A stretch of 64,000 nt of DNA, taken from positions 11,649 through 75,648 of the forward strand of contig CACGIM010000002.1 in the NCBI GenBank assembly GCA_902573115.1, in the 5' to 3' direction. How positions within the stretch are numbered: position 1 is the first letter of the stretch; each line of letters starts with the position of its first letter. Source of the stretch: an uncultured Candidatus Poseidoniales archaeon. GTDB taxonomy: Archaea; Thermoplasmatota; Poseidoniia; Poseidoniales; Thalassarchaeaceae. Under the pieces are notes generated by a model. It was given only the letters and a program-made list of their open reading frames with translations, was not told where the DNA came from and did not search any database. Positions 29,796-40,069 of this stretch are shown piece after piece. A program made the position numbers and the translations under genes.

Positions 29796-32700
29796 ATGGG
29801 CGCACGCAGAGCTGTGTATGCTTCGACGATACTACTCATCCTCATAGCGCCATTAAGCTCCTCTTCCATTCATCAAGAGCAAGATCGAATTGGGGGATTT
29901 GATGCAGATGGCGTTTGGTCCCCTAGCGTAGAGCTGGAGATCCACAGAGAATGGTGGACAGAATGGAGCAGAGATAAGGATCACAACGCACTAGACGATC
30001 GTCTGGAGTGGCTCATTGAACAACCAGGGGAAATCCAAAGAAATTGGTGGAAAAGGGCTCCAGATGGAAGTGCAAGAGTTTTCGTGGATTATGATCATCA
30101 TCCAACAGATGCGGATATTTACGCTTTGGAGTCTATTGGGGTGAAAGTGACCCACCGATTCGAGTACCTTGACACGGTTTCGGCTTCGGCACCATTCGAT
30201 ATAATCGTCAGGGAAGATGGGATTAGATCCCTATCAGGGGTAGTGATGATTGAGGATCTAGGTCTTGCAGAAACAAATATGCATGAAGCGAATCCAAACA
30301 TGGGAGTAGACTCGGTTTGGCAGGATCTGGGGTTAGATGGAACGGGCTCTGTGATCGCAGTATTGGATACTGGAGTTAGGGGGGATCATGAAGGTCTAAA
30401 TGACATGGATGACGATCCATTTACCTGCATAGATGATCCTCCCGAGCCTGATCCTCTTGACCCCGAACCTGAACCAATTCCTTCAGACTGTGACCCTAAA
30501 ATCATAGCTTTCTTTGACGCGGTTATAACCGACGAGGAACAGGATCCCTCGACGTCTTATGATTCGGGTACACATGGGACTCACGTAGCTGGAATAGCGG
30601 CTGGTTCTGGGGGAGGGCAAAGTGACTCAAGTACAGGTCTTAGGTACGTTGGGGCAGCTCCTGGCGCGTATCTGATCAATATCTTGGGATGTTGCGATGG
30701 TGACATAGAAGATGTAATGCAAGGAGCGGAATGGGCAATAAACAACAAAGACAAGTATGGTATCGATATCGTAACGTCTTCTCTTGGCGAGCAGCAATTA
30801 GAATTGCATCTCGATAACGACGGAAATTCCGCTTGGAGTCGTCAGATGGACATGGTCGTGGAGGCGGGAATTATCACGACCTTGTCTGCTGGTAACGAGT
30901 TTGGAGGTGCGACTCTCGCGGGATGCAACACAATAGATAGTCCCGGAGATGCGAGGCTGCCAGTCACGGTAGCAAGTTTGGATAAGAATCTAGGTTTAGC
31001 CATATACAGTAGTAGGGGGTATACCTCCGATCTTAGGGTAAAACCTGATGTTGCGACAATCGGATCCAATATAATGGCCCCAGATGCGGCGACCCAAGAT
31101 GGTTACACAAGTAAGTCAGGCACCAGTATGGCCACCCCATTAATGGCAGGAATCGCTGCTCTGATGGTTCAGGCAAATCCCGATTTAACCCCTTCCGAGT
31201 TCAAGGATATTATCTCAGCCCACGCAATAGAGCGAGAAATTCAGCTACTTAATGACCCTGGATTTAATGATTGCAGCATATTAGAAAGTCGTCCGGATAA
31301 CGAGTTCGGCTATGGGCAAGCAGACCCCACTGCCTTCGTCGAAGCGGCCGGAAGCATTGATCGTTCACTCAATGTTTCTATGGATGTGAATACTCTAGAA
31401 CAAATTGGTAATGAAAGCTATGTTACTGGCACATCCTCCGGAGCCGCACCTGGAACTGGTAGCGTCGAGGTTAAGGTAGGAGGGGGAGAGTGGTTTGTAG
31501 CAGCTGACCTATCGATAAATGGGGACTGGTCATCGTGGAGCATCAAATTGGATCCTCATGAAAAATCGGGGAACTCCACCATTTACGCAAGACTAGCGGT
31601 TTCTGAAGACAGTGTGTCACCAGTTGACGCTCGCAGGGTTGTGTTGGTCGATGCGCAAGCAACCGGAAGCTCATCCTCGCCTGGTGGATTGGTGAATTTA
31701 GGCCCTATTACATTCTTCATTCCATTCATTGTTGCAATTGTTTTGGTTGTCTTCATTGGAAGGAAAGAGGCGTGGACGTTCGATCAGGAAGATTCTGACA
31801 AAGACGATTCGAAAATGTCCTCGGCCGATTTGGAAAAGTCAGACTATCAGACTATCATTGAAAGGTTCTCTAATGGTTTCAAAGAGCTGGGCAAGGGTGG
31901 CACGATAACTGATAACTCAGTGAAGAGGGTACTGACTCTTTGTGTTCTGTATTTTGCACAGGGACTTCCTTCTGGATTCGCCATAGTTACCTTTGCAGCT
32001 TACCTAGTCTCAAACGGAGTCTCAGTCCCAGAGATAGCTATTCTATTTGCAACCGTGTCTCTCCCTTGGACATTCAAGTGGATTTGGGGGCCGCTAGTTG
32101 ATTCAGTGTATGTGGAAAGGTACGGCCCCAGAAGACAGTGGATTCTATTCGCACAAACAGGGATGGCCATATCACTGGGCTCCCTATTGCTGGTCTCTGA
32201 TTTGAATGGGCAAATAGATCTTGTTGCGAGGATTCTGTTCATTCACAACATTTTCGCATCGATGCAGGATGTCGCTACGGACGCTCTAGCTGTTGAGGTT
32301 TTGCAGCCTGATGAGGTCGCCAGAGTAAATGGACTCATGTTCGCTGCAAAGAGGGTCGGGATTATCTTCGGAGGTGCCGTTTTGGGTGTACTGATATCGA
32401 AGATTGGTATCTCTGGAGTCATTGCAGCTCAGTTAGTAATGCTAGCGATTATTATTGTCGTGCCACTAACTATGGTGGAAAAGGAAGGTGTGAAGCTTTT
32501 CCCATGGTCCAAATCACATGAAGGGCTTGATTCATCTGAAGATCGAGCTGATTCGGAGGCGTTGATCGCAGAAGTTGTAGATGAGTCGGATCTATCTCCC
32601 TGGGAAGAGGAGGATGAGTTTAGAGTTGCTAGAACAGTCGGATTTAGTATAGCTGAAGACTCTGTTTCCTTCGCTTCATTCTTCGCAATTCTTGGAATCT

Positions 32701-33671
32701 CGATTTGGCTCTTTGGATTCGTAATTGACGTTTTTACAGTGGATTGGACCTTCGGAAAACATGTGAGAGAAGGGTTTCCCGCACTGGAAGGCAAGAAAAT
32801 CCTAGGGCTGGATATTTTGCCGTGGTCTGGAACCAATAGAGTCAGTTTAGCATTAATCTTGCTTTCAGTCTTCTCGGTAGTTTACTCAAGATTCTCTGAC
32901 TCGGAACAAAGTGCATCATTACCCAACCCCTTCCTTTTGCTACCAGAGTCTAGTAGAATAACGATTGCCAGAACTTCATTCTACCTCACCAAGGCCTTCT
33001 CGGTAAGGTCTGCTTTCCTACTTGTTATTGCTGGCTTGCTTGGAGAGCTGTATTATTTCACTAGCCCAATTTACGTTGATATATTCATCAACGAGGCTGG
33101 GTGGTCACAAGAGAAGTATAATGGGATTGTGGGGGGTATAGCGCTGCTAGGTTCCGTTACTGGACAAATAATTGGAGGGATTCTCGGGGACAAGTTCGGG
33201 ATTCGCAGAGTTGCGATGGTGTCATTTGTGGTTCTCGCTCTTGCAAACGCTACTTTTGCATTCCTAGAGCCTTTCTGGGGCAATACGATCATTATGACTG
33301 TCTATCTCATTGGACAGTATTTTGTAGCGGGCATAGCCTTAATTTGCATAATTTCTCTTTGTATGAGATTGACATGGAGCAAAGTAGGCGGAACTCAATT
33401 TACTGCCTACATGTCCATACTGAACACTTCGGTAGTATTCGCATACACATTAACTGAGAGGATGATTTCGATATTCAACTATACCTCTGCAATATACATC
33501 GGAGCTGCACTTACACTGGTGACTACATTCTTCCTCTTCTTCATTGATGAGAATGAGACTGACAGAGTATTGGAGGGAAGAGATACAGGAGAGGATGAGA
33601 TAGATGATCTGGGAGAGTCTGTTTGGTTGAAAAAGGAGCAAGGGGGAGAGAATCCTGTCACGTCTTCATGA
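29796..33671 (+). CDS. Fusion protein: secreted S8 subtilase domain, a single TM anchor, and a C-terminal AmpG-like MFS transporter domain of 12-14 TM
   Basis: Signal peptide. S8 triad motifs AVLDTGV, HGTHVAG and GTSMATP. The TM is PITFFIPFIVAIVLVVFIG. MFS signature LPWTFKWIWGPLVD plus 12-14 TM. One uninterrupted 1291-codon frame. Confidence 0.7.
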   Translation: MGARRAVYASTILLILIAPLSSSSIHQEQDRIGGFDADGVWSPSVELEIHREWWTEWSRDKDHNALDDRLEWLIEQPGEIQRNWWKRAPDGSARVFVDYDHHPTDADIYALESIGVKVTHRFEYLDTVSASAPFDIIVREDGIRSLSGVVMIEDLGLAETNMHEANPNMGVDSVWQDLGLDGTGSVIAVLDTGVRGDHEGLNDMDDDPFTCIDDPPEPDPLDPEPEPIPSDCDPKIIAFFDAVITDEEQDPSTSYDSGTHGTHVAGIAAGSGGGQSDSSTGLRYVGAAPGAYLINILGCCDGDIEDVMQGAEWAINNKDKYGIDIVTSSLGEQQLELHLDNDGNSAWSRQMDMVVEAGIITTLSAGNEFGGATLAGCNTIDSPGDARLPVTVASLDKNLGLAIYSSRGYTSDLRVKPDVATIGSNIMAPDAATQDGYTSKSGTSMATPLMAGIAALMVQANPDLTPSEFKDIISAHAIEREIQLLNDPGFNDCSILESRPDNEFGYGQADPTAFVEAAGSIDRSLNVSMDVNTLEQIGNESYVTGTSSGAAPGTGSVEVKVGGGEWFVAADLSINGDWSSWSIKLDPHEKSGNSTIYARLAVSEDSVSPVDARRVVLVDAQATGSSSSPGGLVNLGPITFFIPFIVAIVLVVFIGRKEAWTFDQEDSDKDDSKMSSADLEKSDYQTIIERFSNGFKELGKGGTITDNSVKRVLTLCVLYFAQGLPSGFAIVTFAAYLVSNGVSVPEIAILFATVSLPWTFKWIWGPLVDSVYVERYGPRRQWILFAQTGMAISLGSLLLVSDLNGQIDLVARILFIHNIFASMQDVATDALAVEVLQPDEVARVNGLMFAAKRVGIIFGGAVLGVLISKIGISGVIAAQLVMLAIIIVVPLTMVEKEGVKLFPWSKSHEGLDSSEDRADSEALIAEVVDESDLSPWEEEDEFRVARTVGFSIAEDSVSFASFFAILGISIWLFGFVIDVFTVDWTFGKHVREGFPALEGKKILGLDILPWSGTNRVSLALILLSVFSVVYSRFSDSEQSASLPNPFLLLPESSRITIARTSFYLTKAFSVRSAFLLVIAGLLGELYYFTSPIYVDIFINEAGWSQEKYNGIVGGIALLGSVTGQIIGGILGDKFGIRRVAMVSFVVLALANATFAFLEPFWGNTIIMTVYLIGQYFVAGIALICIISLCMRLTWSKVGGTQFTAYMSILNTSVVFAYTLTERMISIFNYTSAIYIGAALTLVTTFFLFFIDENETDRVLEGRDTGEDEIDDLGESVWLKKEQGGENPVTSS

Positions 33672-33921
33672 GATCATCGGAGGCGCCGATCGGGATTTCC
33701 TTGTCTTCACTCAGACCATATGTCCCTATTGCACGAGGGCTTTCAGAACCCTTGATTCGAAGGGGTTTAGTTACATCGAGGTAAATCTTGACAGCTTTGA
33801 TGGATTGAGAAAGGAGGTAGTTGCTGTGACAGGTCACAGAACGGTCCCAGTTGTCTTCGATATGAGAGGCGAAGAACCGGTCTTTGTAGGGGGCTCGGAC
33901 CATTTAATCGAATACGTCTAG
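33670..33921 (+). CDS. Glutaredoxin-like ORF (CPYC active site) with no ATG/GTG/TTG start. Expression is uncertain.
   Basis: Frame +1 relative to the upstream gene translates to ...DFLVFTQTICPYCTRAF...TVPVVF...GGSDHLIEYV*. The frame is open from 33631 and contains no canonical start before CPYC. Confidence 0.45.
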   Translation, partial: EIIGGADRDFLVFTQTICPYCTRAFRTLDSKGFSYIEVNLDSFDGLRKEVVAVTGHRTVPVVFDMRGEEPVFVGGSDHLIEYV

Positions 33922-34877
33922 AGGCTCCATGATTCCGTTATCCCACCTGCAATCATGATCCTCAAGAATGTAGATCCTCCTGTGAATGTAGCTGTCAGAG
34001 TGTACTCTTCTGAGGGAGATGGAATAGTACCTAGAGTCCCTATCTCACTGGCCCCTGGACCCCATACCCTCTCAAGAGCGGAAACTGACAAGTGGTCCCG
34101 TAGAGTCATAGTTATCGTGGATCCCGCGCCACTTTCTGCATCAAGGAAGTAAATCATCTCATCCCAGCCACCGTCGGAGGGATGGTCACTGACCAGGAAG
34201 GTATCCCTAAATTCAAAGTCTGTTCCAGTATCTTCCCAAGTATTGCTAAACCAGTCTCCACCCCTTACGAAGTATACATCCCCCGTGTGCCCTTCCCCCC
34301 TATCTGACAGCATCATTCTGAGATTATCTATGCCCGATTGATCCTTCCAAACAAACGTGGAGAAGAATCCCGCTTCACTATCAAAAACATAGTCCAATCT
34401 TGAGCCATCATTAGATGTTGCGAATACTGTGACTATACCTCCATTCAAATCCGAGACAATCGCTTCCCACTCGACAGAAAATAGGGTAAATGACCATGAG
34501 TTTCCTTCCTCTAATGGAAATTTGAGAACTGTTTGGGGCTCTCCGTTCTCAAATGCACTTAGATCGGTGTGGGTGATCCTCCCAAGAAACGGGTTGTGAT
34601 TCAATACTGCATGCCTCCTTGCCTCTGTTAAGCTGGAGATTGCCAGCATATATGCCGTACCATCCTCTTCACTCGTACTGGCAACTACAAGCCTAGTTGT
34701 GTCATCACTAAATTCAGGCGTAGAGAAGGTGTATAGCCACCAGTCTCCAACTTCCCAAGATGGAACATCAATAGGTCCCTGATCGCCTCTTTTTTCTGTA
34801 TCGGAACCACTAACACAACCTGACAAACAGGAAGCTAGCAAAACAATGAGAGTAGCAACTGCTCCGCCTTTCATCAT
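33918..34877 (-). CDS. Secreted lipoprotein, function unknown
   Basis: Signal peptide with lipobox LSGC, acidic, about 319 aa. Confidence 0.45.
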   Translation of the reverse strand: MMKGGAVATLIVLLASCLSGCVSGSDTEKRGDQGPIDVPSWEVGDWWLYTFSTPEFSDDTTRLVVASTSEEDGTAYMLAISSLTEARRHAVLNHNPFLGRITHTDLSAFENGEPQTVLKFPLEEGNSWSFTLFSVEWEAIVSDLNGGIVTVFATSNDGSRLDYVFDSEAGFFSTFVWKDQSGIDNLRMMLSDRGEGHTGDVYFVRGGDWFSNTWEDTGTDFEFRDTFLVSDHPSDGGWDEMIYFLDAESGAGSTITMTLRDHLSVSALERVWGPGASEIGTLGTIPSPSEEYTLTATFTGGSTFLRIMIAGGITESWSL

Positions 34878-34923
34878 TTATGCCACGTGAACAAGGGCCT
34901 CATGAGTCTGACGCTTCCCGGAA

Positions 34924-37080
34924 TCAAAGCGCACCTAGCTCTCCTGTCTTAGTTAGAAGGCCGGCTATCACGACGCTGACGATACTCATCAACTTGATTA
35001 GGATGTTCAGTGATGGACCACTAGTATCCTTGAAAGGGTCTCCTATTGTGTCCCCAACAACTGCGGCGCTGTGGGCTTCGTCACCTTTTGATGCTCCATC
35101 TATGTGACCTTGCTCAATTGCCTTCTTCGCATTGTCCCATGCTCCTCCAGCATTAGCCATGAAGAGGGCCATTAGAACTCCGGACGCAGTCGCTCCGGCT
35201 AGGGCTCCACCTAGAGCCGCGCTTCCCAGTAAGATACCGATAATTACCGGTGCTGACACTGCAACAACACCTGGCATGACCATTTCCCTAAGTGCAGCTT
35301 TGGTCGATATTTCGACACATGTTGCACTGTCAGGCTCTACTCCATCTCTTCCTTCCAAAAGTCCGTCGATCTCCCTAAATTGTCTCCTTATTTCGGTAAT
35401 CATATCCTCTGCAGCTCTACCAACTGACTTCATTGTCATAGCAGCAACCACGAAAGGAAGCGATGCCCCCACCAGCAGCCCGATCACTACAAGCGGCTCG
35501 GTCAGGCTGAGGTCTGCTGCCTGAAGGTCTGCGCTGGTCTTGAAGGCCGCAAAAAGAGCGAGTGCGGTAAGCGCTGCACTTCCAATTGCGAAGCCCTTTC
35601 CAATAGCTGCAGTTGTATTTCCTATGGAGTCCAGCCCATCTGTGATTTCCCTAACGTCATCGCCAAGTCCCGACATCTCGGCTATTCCACCAGCATTGTC
35701 AGCAACTGGGCCATATGCATCTACGGTCATTGTGACTCCAACAGTGCCGAGCATGCCCATTGCCGCCATGGCTATGCCATACAATCCAGCATCTCCACCG
35801 CCCATGACATGATTGGCTCCAAAGATTCCAGCGGCCATCAGTAGCACAGGAATGAAAACAGATTGCATCCCAACTGCTAAACCGGCTATGGCATTGGTAG
35901 CACTTCCAGTTTTACTGGCCTCACCTATGTATGGGATAGCTTGGACCTTGACGCCGAAGACATCCTCTATTCCGGTGTAATATTCCGTGACAAGACCGAT
36001 TAGAATGCCCACTAGTGCGCCTATAGCTACAGCTTGAATCACAGTTGTATCAAGATCAAGATAGTTCAGTGCAACGAATCCACCGGCGATGAAAAGGCCA
36101 GCACCAATGAAAGTTGTATTCCTTAGTGCTGCTCCTGGATCCATATTCTTCATGGCCGTTATTGAGAAAACCCCCACAATCGATGCAATGTATCCCACGA
36201 TAGCAAGGACAATAGGAATCATCACGTAATCGCTGCCCAATGTCTCTTTTGCGGCATAAGCTATCACCATTGCCGCAATTATGCTTCCAACGAACGACTC
36301 GAAAATATCTGCCCCCATACCTGCTACATCACCAACATTGTCTCCGACATTGTCGGCTATAACTCCGGGGTTGCGAGGGTCATCCTCAGGGATTCCAGCC
36401 TCGACCTTGCCAACCAGATCCGCTCCTACATCTGCAGCCTTGGTGTATATTCCACCTCCAACCCTAGCGAACAGAGCTATGGATGATGCGCCCATTCCGA
36501 AACCTGCGATATTGTCAACGGTCAGAAACTCGGTCTCTGTGAAATAGTACATAATTGAAATCCCAAAGAGCCCGAGGCCCCCTACTGCGAGACCCATCAC
36601 GGCACCGCCGTTGTATGATGTAGTCAGAGCTTCTGGTTGCCCCCCGTCAGCAGCAGCCTGTGCAGTTCTACCATTGGCACTGGTGGCAGATCGCATTCCT
36701 GAGAACCCAGCTGCAACGCTGCAAAGGGCACCAATCACGAAAGCTATCATTGTCTCCAGACCCAGGCCGTCTTCTTCCGGACCGATAAACAGTAAAGCGG
36801 CCACTACAACAATAAATATTGACAGCATCCTATATTCTGCAAACAAGAATGCCATTGCTCCATCCTGTATCCTTCCCGTGATCTTGGCCACAGTTTCGTT
36901 CTCTATCTCAATCGAGTTCACTTTGTTGTACAGGAAGAATGCAACCGCCAATCCGAAAAGTCCAGCTGCAATACCCAGTATACCTATTTGTTCTCCGTCC
37001 ATTATTCCACCATCAGTTCTGCCGGGCGAAAAGAGTGGCGTATTTAATCCAAATCCAATCCAAAATGCGCCATAGTGCAT
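34924..37080 (-). CDS. hppA: Membrane-bound H+/Na+-translocating pyrophosphatase
   Basis: 718 aa. The family [14 protein letters not shown] and DNVGDNVGD motifs are present. Confidence 0.9.
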   Translation of the reverse strand: MHYGAFWIGFGLNTPLFSPGRTDGGIMDGEQIGILGIAAGLFGLAVAFFLYNKVNSIEIENETVAKITGRIQDGAMAFLFAEYRMLSIFIVVVAALLFIGPEEDGLGLETMIAFVIGALCSVAAGFSGMRSATSANGRTAQAAADGGQPEALTTSYNGGAVMGLAVGGLGLFGISIMYYFTETEFLTVDNIAGFGMGASSIALFARVGGGIYTKAADVGADLVGKVEAGIPEDDPRNPGVIADNVGDNVGDVAGMGADIFESFVGSIIAAMVIAYAAKETLGSDYVMIPIVLAIVGYIASIVGVFSITAMKNMDPGAALRNTTFIGAGLFIAGGFVALNYLDLDTTVIQAVAIGALVGILIGLVTEYYTGIEDVFGVKVQAIPYIGEASKTGSATNAIAGLAVGMQSVFIPVLLMAAGIFGANHVMGGGDAGLYGIAMAAMGMLGTVGVTMTVDAYGPVADNAGGIAEMSGLGDDVREITDGLDSIGNTTAAIGKGFAIGSAALTALALFAAFKTSADLQAADLSLTEPLVVIGLLVGASLPFVVAAMTMKSVGRAAEDMITEIRRQFREIDGLLEGRDGVEPDSATCVEISTKAALREMVMPGVVAVSAPVIIGILLGSAALGGALAGATASGVLMALFMANAGGAWDNAKKAIEQGHIDGASKGDEAHSAAVVGDTIGDPFKDTSGPSLNILIKLMSIVSVVIAGLLTKTGELGAL

Positions 37081-37979
37081 TACGTTAGATTGGCTTGCAC
37101 GACCGAAGCGAATGAGCTGAGGACTCCAGCACCATCATGATCTCTCTGGAATGAGTCTAATTCTTCCTTTGTTATGTGGCCCCATTCAAATGCCCGGTTC
37201 ACCCTAGCCCTAGCAGCCTCCGGGTGAAATTGTACCCCCCATGACTGTAGAGGGTTTCCTTGGTCATCATTAACTCTGACAGCTGTAACTTTGTTATGAT
37301 CTGCAGAACCTAGTAGAGTACAACCATCTGGCACCGAGGTAACATGGTCCTGATGAGAGTAAAGAGCCACTGGGGAGTCATTAATTCCACTTCTCCTAGA
37401 TGAGAATAGGACATCAGATTTGCCCAAATCAGTTAATTCCAAGTCCCAAACTCCGCTAGAAAATGTATCTGCCCTCTCGACATTAGCGCCCAAAGATTTG
37501 CAGAGGAGTTGGTGGCCAAAGCAAATGCCAAGTGTCGGGATACCGGTCATTGACGAGCTCCGAAGCAAAGAAGCTGCGCCATCCATCCACCCCTCCCAAG
37601 TTGAGACATTTCTCCTAGATCCACTACAGACTACCGCATCAGGCGAAATTCTCTGAATCCAATTGGCAATTCGTTCATCTTCCCCATGTAATGGCATTGC
37701 AAACCTCCCGAAGTTAACGGTATTACCTGCCAATTCCAACTTACACTCCTGCCAAAATGGGAATTCGTCGTCCCATTTGGGGACGTCAAGCACGGAAAGA
37801 GGTGCTAGCCCTTCTTCTTCTGCCCTAAGTCCAGATTCTTCTGATTGCATTTGTGGGGTTAGGAGAATAACCTCTACCGGGCCAAACTTGGCAATAGGAT
37901 AGACCACTTCCTGATTTCCTCCATGGCCGAACTCCGATCTTTCCACCAGTAAGTCAATCAGAATAATTTTCGTAACCAT
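37080..37979 (-). CDS. Class I glutamine amidotransferase-like protein
   Basis: GATase1 nucleophile elbow GICFGHQLL and downstream His/Glu. Confidence 0.55.
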   Translation of the reverse strand: MVTKIILIDLLVERSEFGHGGNQEVVYPIAKFGPVEVILLTPQMQSEESGLRAEEEGLAPLSVLDVPKWDDEFPFWQECKLELAGNTVNFGRFAMPLHGEDERIANWIQRISPDAVVCSGSRRNVSTWEGWMDGAASLLRSSSMTGIPTLGICFGHQLLCKSLGANVERADTFSSGVWDLELTDLGKSDVLFSSRRSGINDSPVALYSHQDHVTSVPDGCTLLGSADHNKVTAVRVNDDQGNPLQSWGVQFHPEAARARVNRAFEWGHITKEELDSFQRDHDGAGVLSSFASVVQANLT

Positions 37980-38006
37980 GTTCTCAGACTCCGCAGGGGC
38001 AATTGT

Positions 38007-38318
38007 TTGAAAGACCCCCGGTCCCTCATAAGCCCGATAGCAATGGTTGACAAGCAGCTGATTCTAGATTCGGTGGGCCCTGTACAGGCGGTTCTGGATG
38101 CTCATGATGGCGAGGTTAACGTGATGGATACTACTGACGGAGTGATCATGATTTCTCTCGAAGGGGGATGCACGGGCTGCAGTGCAACACCAATGACGGC
38201 TATGCAGATCTATTATTCTCTAATGAAGTTGGAAGAGGTAAACGATGTGGTGTTCGTGAATGGAGAGCTGCCAGCATACATGAGGTCTTTCATTGATGAC
38301 AAGTTGAACGCTGAGTAA
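38007..38318 (+). CDS. NifU-like (Nfu) C-terminal domain protein
   Basis: GGCTGC motif. The likely true start is the internal MVDKQ at 38043. Confidence 0.55.
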   Translation: MKDPRSLISPIAMVDKQLILDSVGPVQAVLDAHDGEVNVMDTTDGVIMISLEGGCTGCSATPMTAMQIYYSLMKLEEVNDVVFVNGELPAYMRSFIDDKLNAE

Positions 38319-38319
38319 A

Positions 38320-38700
38320 TCACTCATCCTCGATTCTTGCTTTCATTATCTTGTGTGGATTGGCTTCTCCTTGCACATCTTTACCCTTGATGTTCATCAT
38401 TGAGGATAAGGCGACTATTATTGCGATTACCCCAAAGGGTCTAGCTATGTTGTCAGAACCCCATATCTCACCACCGGAGTAGTGCAGTAGGAACAGTAAA
38501 GCCGCTGAAGTAAGACAAATACCAGCGATTACCCTTTGAGCTATTAATTCGCTTCTTTGAGTTCTAGAAAGTGATCCGATTGACATCCATAGAAAGACCG
38601 CTAAGCTGCACATTCCGAGGGAGGCTGTCTCAGTCAGCTCGAGATAATCCACGACCATCCCTGTAGAGTTCGACTTGTGTAAGTTATGTTCCATCAACAA
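38320..38700 (-). CDS. Small membrane protein, unknown
   Basis: 3-4 TM helices. No recognisable family. Confidence 0.3.
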   Translation of the reverse strand: MLMEHNLHKSNSTGMVVDYLELTETASLGMCSLAVFLWMSIGSLSRTQRSELIAQRVIAGICLTSAALLFLLHYSGGEIWGSDNIARPFGVIAIIVALSSMMNIKGKDVQGEANPHKIMKARIEDE

Positions 38701-38730
38701 GCCAATATATCTTCATGATTTTCGACCACC

Positions 38731-39123
38731 ATGGGGGTTTCGCCCAGGTCTAGGTGGTCCAACAGGGACGATTCTTCATACAAGGAAAAAATGACTTCGA
38801 AAGAATGGAAGCCCAAGTCTCACAACTGGGGCAGGTCATCTGGAGAGTCTTCTGCTGCTATTCTACTGATTGGCCAAGTAGTAAGCCTCGCTTCTCTAGC
38901 AATGATCTATGCGGGCTCAGAGAGATCCCAGATTAGCCATTCGGAGTCATATCAGACCTGGATATTGGGGGGCAATGCACTAATTGTTGCAACGGCATCT
39001 GGACTGTTGTCCTTCTTACTACTTTTTAGAATCTCAATTTCGAGGAAAGCTCCACGCCGACGAAGAAGATTGGCTAGATTTTGGCTATTATTATGGTCAA
39101 TCGCCATCATATCAATAGTTTAG
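38731..39123 (+). CDS. Small membrane protein, unknown
   Basis: Two TM helices and a basic C-terminal RRRRR. Confidence 0.3.
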   Translation: MGVSPRSRWSNRDDSSYKEKMTSKEWKPKSHNWGRSSGESSAAILLIGQVVSLASLAMIYAGSERSQISHSESYQTWILGGNALIVATASGLLSFLLLFRISISRKAPRRRRRLARFWLLLWSIAIISIV

Positions 39124-39190
39124 CATACTGCACTTCAATAGTTCTCGGCGCAACAAACTTGATTCAATACTGCTGGGACAGATAGGTTGA

Positions 39191-40069
39191 ATGAACCCTG
39201 TAGCTGGATTTACACTAGCCATTTCTGGAACTCTGATGTTTGTTAGTACCGTCTTTTTTGCGACCTCGACGCCTTTTCCATTCTTTGATACCGAGGATGA
39301 AGAAAACGTGGAGTTGGACTTCTCAGGGATGGGGGGTAACCTAACTCTGGAAGACTATGGCACGGAAACCCTTGGTTGGGCAGTCTATACCTTTGGAGAT
39401 TATTTGGACGATGATGGAGATGGATTCTACGACTTGTGTTCATTGATTGAAATTACAGTTCTCACTGAGGATTCTAACAACTCCTCGGAAGATTCTGAAG
39501 TAGTAAGATTCAACCAAAAATGCGTTGAGGGGTTCGAGAGAGACGACATAGAGGAAATGATTTACGTAGGACAGATATGTTATGATCCGGAGAATAGCTC
39601 GCTTCCCAGATGTTCTTGGGGAAATTACACATTTGAGTCGAATTACTTCGTTAGTTTAGTTCAGGAAAGTGAGCCACCAGAGGTAAGTTTCGGATCTTTT
39701 TTGGTAGAATGGTTTCGGTCCGGTCTCGCGACAGGAAGAAGCATGCTCTGTGGTTCGACTGTCTTGATGCTTATTGGGCTAATTATTAATTTGTTTTCAA
39801 CCGAAAAGGATGATCTTGGCATAACAAAAGTCGACGCCAATAAGGCTGATTGGAGAGCATATTCTCTATCTGGTCAGGAGAGGGGTGACGATGGGCTTCC
39901 TAAGGCATTCACGAGGCATTCTGAGAAGAAGGACATCTTCAGGAAACCCAGAAAAGGAAACAGGAGGGGGGGCGTGCATAAAACTGGTGGACTCCACCTA
40001 GGGGGGTGGACCGAAGAAGATTCCAACAAGGAATACAAGAAAAAGGTACAAGATCGCAGAGACAGGTGA
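39191..40069 (+). CDS. Membrane protein with an acidic Cys-containing extracytoplasmic domain (DDDGDGFYD Ca-binding-like motif) and a basic tail
   Basis: N-terminal TM, an acidic domain, a second TM, then a Lys/Arg-rich C-terminus. Contains a G7 tract at 39966-39972. Confidence 0.35.
   Translation: MNPVAGFTLAISGTLMFVSTVFFATSTPFPFFDTEDEENVELDFSGMGGNLTLEDYGTETLGWAVYTFGDYLDDDGDGFYDLCSLIEITVLTEDSNNSSEDSEVVRFNQKCVEGFERDDIEEMIYVGQICYDPENSSLPRCSWGNYTFESNYFVSLVQESEPPEVSFGSFLVEWFRSGLATGRSMLCGSTVLMLIGLIINLFSTEKDDLGITKVDANKADWRAYSLSGQERGDDGLPKAFTRHSEKKDIFRKPRKGNRRGGVHKTGGLHLGGWTEEDSNKEYKKKVQDRRDR

Noticed and set aside
29796-33671. Possibility that the S8 peptidase and the MFS transporter are two adjacent genes
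   Set aside because: Both parts sit in one frame with no intervening stop over 3876 nt, so read-through is unavoidable without a sequence error.
33658-33903. 81-aa minus-strand ORF from the ORF track
   Set aside because: It is the antisense shadow of the plus-strand glutaredoxin-like frame (CPYC, TVP, GG.D) and has no recognisable features of its own.
37980-38042. Only 27 bp between the divergent starts of the GATase and NifU-like genes
   Set aside because: The gap is most simply explained by the NifU-like gene starting at the internal MVDKQ (38043), which gives a normal divergent spacer of about 63 bp.
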